Shown here one piece after another: positions 1-24,399 of a stretch of DNA of 64,000 bases; the first letter of the stretch is position 1, and each line of letters begins with the position of its first letter. The stretch is taken from the NCBI RefSeq assembly GCF_009914755.1, contig NC_060935.1, one strand, 5' to 3'. The translations under genes were made by a program, and so were the position numbers. This DNA comes from the human T2T-CHM13v2.0 reference genome, Homo sapiens. Under the pieces are notes generated by a model, which searched no databases, had not been told where the DNA came from, and saw only the letters and a program-made list of their open reading frames with translations.

Positions 1-23
1 GCCACAAAGCCTTTTTGTTTTCA

Positions 24-304
24 TTTTTGAGATGGAGTCTCGCTCTGTCGCCCAGGCTGGAGTGCAGTGGCATGATCTCAGCTCACTGCAACCTCTGCAT
101 CCCAGTTCAAGCAGTTCTCCGCCTCGGCCTCCTGAGTAGCTGGGATCACAGGTGCCCGCCACCACACTTGGCTAATTTTTTGTATTTTTAGTAGAGATGA
201 GGTTTCACCGTGGTGGCCAGGCTGGTCTCAAACTCCTGACCTCAAATGATCTGCCTGCCTCGGCTTCCCAAAGTGCTGGGATGACACTGAGCCACCGCGC
301 CTGG
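24..304 (-). mobile_element. Alu SINE
   Basis: Poly-T followed by gagatggagtctcgctctgtcgcccaggctggagtgcagtgg ... gagccaccgcgcctggc, an antisense dimeric Alu. Confidence 0.93.
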
Positions 305-577
305 CAAGGAGGTAACTTGATCCATACGTTTGCGTTTACATGGTGCGAGGAAAGGGCACCCTTGGTAGATGGAACAGCGTGTACAAAGGCCCGGAGGTTT
401 AAAATCACCACTCTTCTAGCCCTCATACTAACTTTGCCTATTTTGAACTTTATATAAATGGAATTATATTGCATGTTCTCTTTTGTATCTGACTTCCTTT
501 TCTCAATACTATATGAGTGGTATCCATGCCATTTAAAGTAATGGTGGATTAACTCAATGCTACGTCGCCTTCTAGTT

Positions 578-2636
<2,059 letters not shown>

Positions 2637-2639
2637 TGC

Positions 2640-3892
<1,253 letters not shown>

Positions 3893-4329
3893 GGGCCAGG
3901 TGCAAAGGTTCACGCCTGTAATCCTAGCACTTTGGGAGGCCGAGGTGGGTGGATCACTTGAGGCCAGGAGTTCAAGACCAGCCTGGCCAACATGGCGAAA
4001 CCCGTCTCTACCAAAAATACAAAAACTAGCCAGGCATGGTGGTACACGCCTGTAATCCCAGCTACTCGGGAGGCTGAGGTACAAGAATCACTTGAGCCCC
4101 AGAGGCGGAGGCTGCAGTGAGCTGAGATCGTACCACTGCACTCCAGCCTGAGTGACAGAGCGAGCCTCCATCTCAAAAAAAAAAAAACCCAAATCTTGAA
4201 GCCAGGCATAGAATGCCCTCTCACTTGACCATTGTTTTCCAGAGCTGTTTTGATGATTGTAGGCCCACTGCATTGCCACACACTGAAACACAGGCCCATG
4301 AGCACACATATATGTATAATACAAATATA

Positions 4330-4612
4330 AGTGCACACCATGACGCAGTGAAATTTATCACAGGAATGCAAGGCTGGTTCAACATGAAATATGAGCCAAT
4401 GGAATTCACCATATAAGCAGATTAAAAGACAAAAAGACGGCCGGACGTGGTGGCTCACATCTGTGATCCCAGCACTTTGGGAGGCTGAAGCAGGAGGATT
4501 CTGAGCAACATAGTGAGACCTGGTCTCTAAATAAATAAAATAAGACAAAAATACATCATCATTTCAGTAGACTTAGAAAAGGCATTTGACAGAATCCAGC
4601 AGGCTTATAAAG
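4330..4612 (+). mobile_element. L1 ORF2 reverse-transcriptase fragment with an inserted short Alu (4438-4545)
   Basis: Translates to [10 protein letters not shown] and then [15 protein letters not shown], matching the L1 RT motifs FIPGMQGWFN / IISIDAEKAFDKIQ. Confidence 0.75.
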
Positions 4613-4629
4613 CTTTTTAATTATTTTTT

Positions 4630-5968
4630 TCTCCCTCTCCCTCTCCCTCTCCCTTCGGTCTCCCTCTGTTGCCGAGGCTGGACTGTACTGCTGTGGTCTC
4701 GGCTTGCTGCAGCCTCCCTGCCCCGGGCTCCCATGGTTCTCCTGCCTCGGCCTGCCAAGTGCCTGGGATTGCAGGCATGCACCGCCACGCCTGACTGGTT
4801 TTTGTATTTTTGGAGGAGACAGGGTTTTGCCCTGTTGACCGGGCTGGTCTCCGGCTCCTGACCTCCAATGGTCTGCCCGCCTCGGCCTCCCGGGGTGCTG
4901 GGATTGCAGACGGAGTCTTGCTCACTCAATGCTCAGTGTTGCCAAGGCTGGAGCACAGTGGCGTGATCTCAGCTCGCCACAACCTCTACCTTCCAGCCGC
5001 CTGCCTTGGCCTCCCAAAGTGCTAAGATTACAGCCTCTGCCCGGCCGCCACCCCGTCTGGGAGGTGAGGAGCATCTCTGCCCGGCCGCCCATCGTCTGGG
5101 AGGTGAGGAGCGCCTCTGCCCGGCCGCCCTGTCTGGGAAGTGGGCGCCTCCGCCCAGCTGCCCCGTCTGGGAGGTGGGGGGCGCCTCTGCCTGGCTGCCC
5201 CGTCTGGGAGTTGAGGGGTGCCTCTGCCCGACCGCCCCACCTGGGAAGTGAGGGTCACCTCTGCCCAGCCACCGCCTTATCTGGAAGGTGGGGAGCGCCT
5301 CTGCCCGACTGCCCCGTCTGGGAAGTGGGCGCCTCTGCCCGGCCGTCCCATCTGGGGGGTGAGGAGCACCTCTGCCCGGCCACCCCGTCTGGGAGGTGAG
5401 GAGTGCCTCTGCCAGGCCGCCCCGTCTGGGAAGTGTACCCAACAGCTCCAAAGAGACAGCGACCATCGAGAACGGGCCATGATGACAATGGCAGTTTTGT
5501 CAAAAAGAAAAGGGGGAAATGTGGGGAAAAGAAAGAGAGGTCAGATTGTTACTGTGTCTGTGTAGAAAGAAGTAGACATAGGAGACTCCGTTTTGTTCTG
5601 TACTAAGAAAAATTCTTCTGTCTTGGGATGCTGTTAATCTATAACCTTACCCCCAACCCCGTGCTCTCTGAAACGTGCTGTGTCAACTCAGGGTTAAATG
5701 GATTAAGGGCGGTGCCAGATGTGCTTTGTTAAACAGATGCTTGGAGGCAGCATGCTCGTTAAGAGTCATCACCATTCCCTAATCTCAACTACCCAGGGAC
5801 ACAAACACTGCGGAAGGCCGCAGGGACCTCTGCCTAGGAAAACCAGAGACCTTTGTTCACGTGTTTATCTGCTGACCTTCTCTCCACTATTATCCTATGA
5901 CCCTGCCACATCCCCCTCTCTGAGAAACACCCAAGAATGATCAATAAATAAAAAATAATAATAATAAA
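4630..5968 (+). mobile_element. Full-length SVA retrotransposon (old subfamily, SVA_A-like)
   Basis: All domains are present in order: short (CCCTCT)n head, Alu-like region (4660-5030), GC-rich VNTR (gcctctgcccggccgccccgtctgggaggtgaggag, about 5030-5435), SINE-R/HERV-K LTR part (5435-5945), AATAAA and A-rich tail. Confidence 0.92.
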
Positions 5969-5969
5969 A

Positions 5970-6403
<434 letters not shown>

Positions 6404-6439
6404 CGCCTGTTCACTTTATTACTTGGAGACCGTATTCCA

Positions 6440-7010
6440 TTCCCATAACCCAGGGGAGGAGGCACGCACGAGCCGACACCAGCAGGTGGGGCAGGAAACG
6501 CAGCCAGCGCGGAACCGGACGCCCAGGAGCCGGCCCCGGGCTGCCCACGACGGGGCCGCCGGAGAGGACTCGCGGCGCCCCCTCCTGGACGTGGCCGGCG
6601 GCGCGCGAGGAAGGAGCCGCCCCGAACGCGCGAGCGAGGCCGGGACTCGGGCGCCCTCTGCCGGCCGCTCTGAGGGACCGGGGCGGGGGGGGGCGTGTCT
6701 CCCGGTCACGTGACCTGGAAACCCCGCCCCCAAACCGAGGGGAACTTGCGGCCCCAAGACGCGGCGCGCTTACGAGGGCGCGCGAGGCGCCGCACGGGGG
6801 AGGCTTCTCCGAAAGCCGCGAGGGCAGCTCCCGTGTGTCCGCTGTGCAAACCGGTCCTTCCGCCAAAAACCTGCTGTCTGGCTTTTCTCAGGTAAGAACT
6901 ACCCAAAAGCTAGACGACATTTTCAGAACATACAAGTACAAATAAGAAGAGGGAAAATCACCCGCAGTTCACCCCTGAGCCGCGCGCATTCCTTAGATCT
7001 CCGTGTTTCT
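6440..7010. promoter_or_regulatory. Orphan CpG island / candidate promoter
   Basis: CpG-dense stretch with a 12-bp palindromic E-box GGTCACGTGACC (6704-6715), a GC box ccccgccccc (6722-6731) and a + strand donor CAG|GTAAGA at 6891/6892. Confidence 0.7.
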
Positions 7011-7017
7011 TCCTAAA

Positions 7018-8865
7018 GGAACGCGGCCTGATACACAGGTGAGCTTTATTAGAACGCGGCCTGATACACAGGTGAGCTTTATTAGAACGCGGCCTGATAC
7101 ACAGGTGAGCTTTATTAGAACGCGGCCTGATACACAGGTGAGCTTTATTAGAACGCGGCCTGATACACAGGTGAGCTTTATTAGAACGCGGCCTGATACA
7201 CAGGTGAGCTTTATTAGAACGCGGCCTGATACACAGGTGAGCTTTATTAGAACGCGGCCTGATACACAGGTGAGCTTTATTAGAACGCGGCCTGATACAC
7301 AGGTGAGCTTTATTAGAACGCGGCCTGATACACAGGTGAGCTTTATTAGAACGCGGCCTGATACACAGGTGAGCTTTATTAGAACGCGGGCTGATACACA
7401 GGTGAGCTTTATTAGAACGCGGGCTGATACACAGGTGAGCTTTATTAGAACGCGGCCTGATACACAGGTGAGCTTTATTAGAACGCGGCCTGATACACAG
7501 GTGAGCTTTATTAGAACGCGGCCTGATACACAGGTGAGCTTTATTAGAACGCGGGCTGATACACAGGTGAGCTTTATTAGAACGCGGCCTGATACACAGG
7601 TGAGCTTTATTAGAACGCGGGCTGATACACAGGTGAGCTTTATTAGAACGCGGGCTGATACACAGGTGAGCTTTATTAGAACGCGGCCTGATACACAGGT
7701 GAGCTTTATTAGAACGCGGGCTGATACACAGGTGAGCTTTATTAGAACGCGGGCTGATACACAGGTGAGCTTTATTAGAACGCGGGCTGATACACAGGTG
7801 AGCTTTATTAGAACGCGGCCTGATACACAGGTGAGCTTTATTAGAACGCGGGCTGATACACAGGTGAGCTTTATTAGAACGCGGCCTGATACACAGGTGA
7901 GCTTTATTAGAACGCGGCCTGATACACAGGTGAGCTTTATTAGAACGCGGCCTGATACACAGGTGAGCTTTATTAGAACGCGGCCTGATACACAGGTGAG
8001 CTTTATTAGAACGCGGGCTGATACACAGGTGAGCTTTATTAGAACGCGGGCTGATACACAGGTGAGCTTTATTAGAACGCGGGCTGATACACAGGTGAGC
8101 TTTATTAGAACGCGGCCTGATACACAGGTGAGCTTTATTAGAACGCGGCCTGATACACAGGTGAGCTTTATTAGAACGCGGCCTGATACACAGGTGAGCT
8201 TTATTAGAACGCGGCCTGATACACAGGTGAGCTTTATTAGAACGCGGCCTGATACACAGGTGAGCTTTATTAGAACGCGGCCTGATACACAGGTGAGCTT
8301 TATTAGAACGCGGCCTGATACACAGGTGAGCTTTATTAGAACGCGGCCTGATACACAGGTGAGCTTTATTAGAACGCGGCCTGATACACAGGTGAGCTTT
8401 ATTAGAACGCGGCCTGATACACAGGTGAGCTTTATTAGAACGCGGCCTGATACACAGGTGAGCTTTATTAGAACGCGGCCTGATACACAGGTGAGCTTTA
8501 TTAGAACGCGGCCTGATACACAGGTGAGCTTTATTAGAACGCGGCCTGATACACAGGTGAGCTTTATTAGAACGCGGGCTGATACACAGGTGAGCTTTAT
8601 TAGAACGTGGCCTGATACACAGGTGAGCTTTATTAGAACGCGGGCTGATACACAGGTGAGCTTTATTAGAACGTGGCCTGATACACAGGTGAGCTTTATT
8701 AGAACGCGGGCTGATACACAGGTGAGCTTTATTAGAACGTGGCCTGATACACAGGTGAGCTTTATTAGAACGCGGGCTGATACACAGGTGAGCTTTATTA
8801 GAACGTGGCCTGATACACAGGTGAGTTTTATTAGAACGTGGGCTGATACACAGGTGAGCTTTATT
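7018..8865. repeat. 33-bp minisatellite, 56 copies (agaacgcggcctgatacacaggtgagctttatt)
   Basis: 1848 bp / 33 = 56 units. Variants cggcct/cgggct throughout and cgtgg in the last units. Confidence 0.99.
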
Positions 8866-8870
8866 ACTGA

Positions 8871-9219
<349 letters not shown>

Positions 9220-9809
9220 TGACCTCTCCCCTTAAACACATGCTCAGAGCCCCCCGAGTCGCCCTCTCCCCTCCATCCAGGGTCTCCTGGAGGCCTCTGC
9301 CGCCTGAGTTCTGTCTCCGTCCTTTCTGTTCCCTGAGGCCGTGCTCACCCCTACGCCTTCCCAGATGGCGAGGGCCTTTCCTGCGCCTCTGAACAATTTG
9401 GAAACGCTGCACAATGCGCACCCACCCGCCAGCTGCTGGTTCCATTCAACAGAATTGGGGTGGCAATTGTCCATATTGAGACCGCGTCGGTTATTCATCT
9501 CAGCTGCTGTTGACTACTCCGCTGCCTGAACACCGGCATTTACTCACCGATGCTCTCGTCTTGTCTGACTTTATGCAAACACTGCCACCGCCAGCGTACT
9601 CCGGACCTCTGTGTGCCCAGACACGGGGCAGACGCCCTGCCAGGCCCAATCGCCCCCCAGCAGTGGCTCTCAGAATTTACGCTCCCGCCCCAGGGCACAG
9701 GCTCCCTCCCCGCTCCAGACCTTCACTAGCCACTGGTTCGACTGCCTCAGGCCTCCCTGTCCCCACCCTAGTCATGAGAATATGAAATGGTAACTCACCA
9801 TGGGTCTAG

Positions 9810-16825
<7,016 letters not shown>

Positions 16826-18940
16826 TGAGCAGGGATGTGATCCGACGGGCAGGCGGCGCCCGGGACAGAAGCTGACGTCACACAGGTGAGTCCCCCACCT
16901 CCCCACAGGCTTCCTCCACCCCCTCGGCAGCCCAGCAGGGCCTGTCAATCAGTGGGACCTGGTCAGCTGGCTGCTAGGGGACCTCAGGCAGGGGGGCTTG
17001 TCCGCAGGGCCTCCAGCAAGGGGGGACATTCATGACACCCAGCAGGGCTCAAGAAGGTGAGACAGAGGGACACTGAACCCAGCCCTTTACAGAAGACCTG
17101 AGTCCACCGAGGAAGGGGGCCAGCCCCCTCCCCGCGTCTGCATCCCCAGGACCACCCCGGGTGGAGAGGGCCGAGTGTGGTGCCTCCGCGGGTGCTCTGA
17201 CGATCGTCTCGAGCCACGGGGGTGACAGTGACAAGGACCTGTGTGCACGTTAGTGGGGCAGCCAGGCCTAGCTGGAGAAGAAACACACACACGCACACGT
17301 TCACCCACATACACGTGCACACACATGCTGCCAGTTCAGGGGGTGGAGGACGCTGACTCCAGGCCCAGCTGACCTGCGCGGGGCCCTATTGTGATGTGTG
17401 CAGCCACCCCATGACGTCACCGGTGCCAAGTGCCGGCTGTGTGCGGAGCAGTTGGAGACACAGTGGGTGTCCGAGGGGGGGCTCTGCGTCCGGAGGTGAG
17501 AGGTGGGTCTCAACACAGCTGCCCTCCCCCATGGTATGGTGACAGTCACTAACAGGTGGCCTGCGCTGGCCTCCACGTGGCTGCCAAGGGCCATCCCTGA
17601 GCACTCAGCGGGTGCCTGTTCCACACGGACTATGAAAATGACTGTCTCGTTCACCTCACGGCGACCCCGTGGGGTGGATACGAACTCACGCCATTTGACA
17701 GGCGAGACGTCCGAGGTCAGAGGGGAGGAGACGGACCCGACCTTCCTTGGCTGTGCTCTCCAGCCCTGTCCTGTGCTGGACCCAACCTAACCTCTGCAGC
17801 CTCCCTGCCCTGGACACAAATCTGGCTGAGACCCCAGACCCTGATGGGGCAGAGCCTGGCACTGGAGGAGCCACCAGGATGGGCCCCTGTGGGTGTGGGC
17901 AGAGGGTGATCCTCAGTTCAGGTTTTTGCCAGAAGATGGGTTCCTGCAGGAGGGGGTCTCAGCAGCTCAGACTTCAGATGCGCTCACTGCTGCTCACTGT
18001 GGGACAGCCAGACACGGAGCCCTCTGTTCTCCAGCAGTTGTGGACAATGAGGGATCCCTGGAGGGATGCCTGGTGGGCAGCAGGAGTCCCTCTTGTGGGT
18101 CAGGGTGCGGGGATGGGCTCTCCCTGCAGGGACTTCCCAGTCTTGTCCTCTGGGATTGGCAGTTTGCAGGGGTATCCTCGGCATCAGACCAGGGGGGCCA
18201 CACAGGGACCCAGATCTATGGGGCCCAGCCCCGGGAAGACCAGATGGGCTCAGTGGAGAAGCTGACCACATCTGCTTTCCTTTCAGCCAAACCGGGGAGC
18301 GTCCCGGCACCCAGGCCTCTGCGGGTAACCCCAGGCATCAAGACCCTCCCTCAAGGGGAGGAGCTGGCTCTCCCCTGCCCATCAGCACAGCTCCAGAATC
18401 CCAAGGGGTCAGCTCCCACATGGGGGCCTGGTCCTGCCACACACTGGCCTAGCTGGGCTGTCCCCGAGGCCAAGGCCTAGCGGCATGAGGGGGCTTCCGT
18501 GGAGCCCAGGGCAGTGGGCTGCTCTCTGGAGTCCCTAGGACTCGGGGTGTGGCTGGCCTGTCCCCAGATCAGGACACACCCCAGGTTGTCCAGTGGTTCC
18601 CGTGCTGGAACTCCTGTTGAAGCCACCCAGGGACCTGGATGCTTCCCACAGTTCAGCATGGAGCAGGGGTGCTGGGCCCTGACCCCTCCACGTCTGTCCT
18701 GGACACCCCAGGACCACAGCACAGGCCCAGCCCTGCAACCCCAGCGGGGCCCTGATACCAGGCCCTGCCCAGCCCCGTAATGACCAAGAGGCAGGTCCAG
18801 AGATACCTCCTGCACAGGGTCACCTGCATCTGACGCCCCCAGCAGGCAGTGACCAGCACGGTGTGGAAGGAGCCAGGGTGGCACCCGGCAGCCCTAGAGG
18901 GCTCCTGGCCTCGGGAAGTCTATCGATGGGGAAGCTGGTC

Positions 18941-20233
18941 ACTCGGAGGCTGCTGGGGAGAAGGGGGAGTGTGGCATTCCCTGGACAGAAGGGCAAGTGT
19001 GGCGTCCCCTGGAGAGAAGGGCGAGTGTGGCGTCCCCTGGAGAGAAGGGCGAGTGTGGCGTCCCCTGGACAGAAGGGGGAGTGTGGCGTCCCCTGGAGAG
19101 AAGGGCCAGTGTGGCGTCCCCTGGAGAGAAGGGGGAGTGTGGCGTCCCCTGGAGAGAAGGGCGAGTGTGGCGTCCCCTGGAGAGAAGGGGGAGTGTGGCG
19201 TCCCCTGGAGAGAAGGGGGAGTGTGGCGTCCCCTGGAGAGAAGGGGGAGTGTGGCGTCCCCTGGAGAGAAGGGGGAGTGTGGCGTCCCCTGGAGAGAAGG
19301 GGGAGTGTGGCGTCCCCTGGAGAGAAGGGCGAGTGTGGCGTCCCCTGGAGAGAAGGGGGAGTGTGGCGTCCCCTGGAGAGAAGGGCGAGTGTGGCGTCCC
19401 CTGGACAGAAGGGGGAGTGTGGCGTCCCCTGGAGAGAAGGGCCAGTGTGGCGTCCCCTGGAGAGAAGGGCCAGTGTGGCGTCCCCTGGAGAGAAGGGGGA
19501 GTGTGGCGTCCCCTGGAGAGAAGGGGGAGTGTGGCGTCCCCTGGAGAGAAGGGGGAGTGTGGCGTCCCCTGGAGAGAAGGGCGAGTGTGGCGTCCCCTGG
19601 ACAGAAGGGGGAGTGTGGCGTCCCCTGGAGAGAAGGGCCAGTGTGGCGTCCCCTGGAGAGAAGGGCGAGTGTGGCGTCCCCTGGACAGAAGGGGGAGTGT
19701 GGCGTCCCCTGGAGAGAAGGGGGAGTGTGGCGTCCCCTGGAGAGAAGGGCCAGTGTGGCGTCCCCTGGACAGAAGGGGGAGTGTGGCGTCCCCTGGAGAG
19801 AAGGGCCAGTGTGGCGTCCCCTGGACAGAAGGGGGAGTGTGGCGTCCCCTGGAGAGAAGGGCGAGTGTGGCGTCCCCTGGAGAGAAGGGCCAGTGTGGCG
19901 TCCCCTGGACAGAAGGGGGAGTGTGGCGTCCCCTGGAGAGAAGGGCCAGTGTGGCGTCCCCTGGAGAGAAGGGGGAGTGTGGCGTCCCCTGGAGAGAAGG
20001 GGGAGTGTGGCGTCCCCTGGAGAGAAGGGGGAGTGTGGCGTCCCCTGGAGAGAAGGGGGAGTGTGGCGTCCCCTGGAGAGAAGGGCGAGTGTGGCGTCCC
20101 CTGGAGAGAAGGGGGAGTGTGGCGTCCCCTGGACAGAAGGGGGAGTGTGGCGTCCCCTGGCGAGAAGGGCGAGTGTGGTGTTCGCTGGAGAGAAGGGCGA
20201 GTGTGGTATTCCCTGGACAGAAGGGGGAGTGTC
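18941..20233. repeat. HRAS1 minisatellite (28-bp VNTR), about 46 units
   Basis: Unit ggcgtcccctggagagaagggggagtgt. 45 periods lie between 18969 and 20229, plus a degenerate first unit. It sits about 1 kb 3' of HRAS. Confidence 0.97.
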
Positions 20234-21254
20234 CCTGCAGCCCTGGCCAGCCAGCGGCATGCCCTGCTAGCTCTCCCCCAACCTCAGGGATAGGGAACCC
20301 TGACAGGGCACAAGTCCCCGTCCCAGAGGGGCCTGGCCCAGCCTCAACCCGGGCCCTGGGAGGGGAGGGGCACCAGGGGCGCTGTGGGCCCCCAGCAGAA
20401 GCCAGGATGACCACACAGGGGACTGAGCTGTCTGTGGCTGTGGCCAGACCTAGAACTTGGCCCAAGGCAGGGCAAGCCCCTTGGAGCAGAGTGGGTGGCA
20501 GAGCCTGTGTATACCCAGCAAGGCTGAGCCAGTGACACTACCAGGCTCCAAGAGCAACCAGCCATGAAGCAGGCGTGGGGCAAGGGTAGGGTGAGGGCAG
20601 GGGCGGGGGAGAGTGGGGCAGGAGCAGACGGACCAGCTGCCAACCTCGTCCACTCCAGGAGGCAGGGATGGCCAGGCTCCCACGCCCTACTGGCCGCTAC
20701 CCGACCACCAATGAGGCAGAGGCCTGAGGCCAGTCGGTGCTGGAGCCCTACTTCCAAGGTCCACAGACCGCTTCAGGCCACAGAGCCGAAGAAAACTGGG
20801 CATGTGAAGGCCCAGGAGGCGGGGTCCCTATGTCTGCCATTCTTGGCAGGTGCATTTCACGCTGGGAGCAAGTCAGGAAAGGTGATGCCTCTCACCGCCA
20901 AGAAGGCTCCCAGCAGAGACCAGAGCCACCGGCACAGATCCCCAACCCCTGAAACCACCTCCCTCTGGAGGACCAGGACGCCCTCCTAGTTGGTAGAAGC
21001 ACAGTAAGCTCTCTGTCCTTATGATCTGCCTGCTTGTCCAGAGCTCTCTGCCAGAAGCCGTGGACACTGGGGCAGGCGGGAGGAGAGAGCACCACAGCCC
21101 AGACCCCTGACCGGCCTCTCCCAACCTCCCCCTCCCAAAGGCTATGGAGAGCCCAGGGCTGGACAGGCCTGAGGTTCCGACATACCTCATGCCAGGCCAC
21201 ACGCGCACCGTGTCCCACCCTCAGCCGAAAACCAAGATCAAGACCATCCAATAA

Positions 21255-21260
21255 TTTACT
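21255..21260 (-). terminator. HRAS: HRAS polyadenylation signal (non-canonical AGTAAA)
   Basis: tttact on + reads AGTAAA on -, at the end of the last, non-coding exon (about 21238-21518). Confidence 0.7.
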
Positions 21261-21631
21261 GTGATCCCATCTGTGCCCGACAAGGGCCCACAGAGGCCTG
21301 GGAGGGGAGCTAAGGGCTGGGGTTCCGGTGGCATTTGGGATGTTCAAGACAGTCTGTGCACAGCCTCCCTGGGAGGGTCTGCAGTCACCTCGGCCCACGG
21401 TCCCGGGGTGACTGGGCTCCAGCAGCCCTTCCTTCCTTCCTTGCTTCCGTCCTTCCTTCCTCCTCCTTCCGTCTGCACCTCCTTCCTGCATCCGGCACCT
21501 CCATGTCCTGAGCTTGTGCTGGGCGGGGCACAAGGGAGGCTGCTGACCGCAGGCCAGGAGACCGGCAGGGGCGGGGAGCCGGGGTCATCCGGTGGGCGTG
21601 GCGGCCGCCCTGGGAGTCCCCCTCACCTGCG

Positions 21632-23324
<1,693 letters not shown>

Positions 23325-24399
23325 TCAGGGGCCTGCGGCCCGGGGTCCTCCTACAGGGTCTCCTGCCCCACCTGCCAAGGAGGGCCCTGCTCAGCCAGGC
23401 CCAGGCCCAGGCCCCACAGGGCAGCTGCTGGCAGGGCCATCTGAAGGGCAAACCCACAGCGGTCCCTGGGCCCCAACGCCAGGCAGCAAGGACTGCAGCG
23501 TGCCTACCTGTGCAGCTGCAACCCAGCGTGCGGGAGGGCTGTCGCCTCGCCCCCACTTGCTCTTAATGACCCAGTGATGGGAAAAGGGACCCAGCCCTCA
23601 AAGGCAGGGCTGACAGCTGAGCGCTCTCAACCACGCACCCAAATTAGAAGCTGCTGGGTCGGCAGAAAGGCTAAAGGGAGGCGCCCGAGGGCTGAGGTTA
23701 CCGTCCTCCAGAACAGGTCTGGCCACGGCGGAGCGCGCCACGGCGTGCCCGGGCAGGCTAGTGCCAGCCTGCAGGCCCCGCGGCGCTGGTGCCTCCGACA
23801 AGTATTTGCTGAGCGCCTACTGCGTACTAGGCGCCGCCGAGGGGAGGGCAGACCCGGGCAGCGCCCCGCACCCCCGGCGGGGAACCGGGGGCATCTTTCA
23901 GCCACAGAAAGCTGGAGAAGACAGAGGAGCTCCTGGGAAGCAGGGACTGAGCGACAGGAAGGGGCCGAGAAGCGGCGCGGGAGACCCGGAGAGGGAAAAG
24001 GCACTGGGGCTGAGGCCCCCGGCCTGGTCCGCGACCTGTGATGCTGAATCGGGGGTGCCCGGGCGTGCCGTGGCCGCGGCCGCCTCCTCCCAGACGCCCC
24101 CGGGTGTGAGGGCGCCGGGCCCGAGGCTCCCGGGTACGCCGGCGTGGGGACCGTGCCCAGCGCGAGGCCACGGGTGGGGCCCGGATTCCCGCAGGCCCCA
24201 GGGAGGAAGGGGCCCCCGCCCGCCGCAGCCCCCGACGCCCGCTCACCTGTGCCCGCGGGCCCCGCCCGGCCCCACCCACCCGCCGCCGCCGCCGCCGCTT
24301 ACGCCCGCCGGCCCCGCGCCCCCGGCCCGCGCCGCGCGTATTGCTGCCGCCTGGGGGCGAGGAGGGCGCGCGGCCCGGCCGATCCCTGCCCGCACTCAC

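Noticed and set aside
7018-8865. CRISPR-like appearance of regularly spaced 33-bp repeats
   Set aside because: The units are head-to-tail with no unique spacers, there are no cas genes, and the context is human. It is a minisatellite.
18849-20535. 446-512 aa ORFs in five frames
   Set aside because: They arise because the 28-bp HRAS1 VNTR unit has no stop codon. There is no coding signature.
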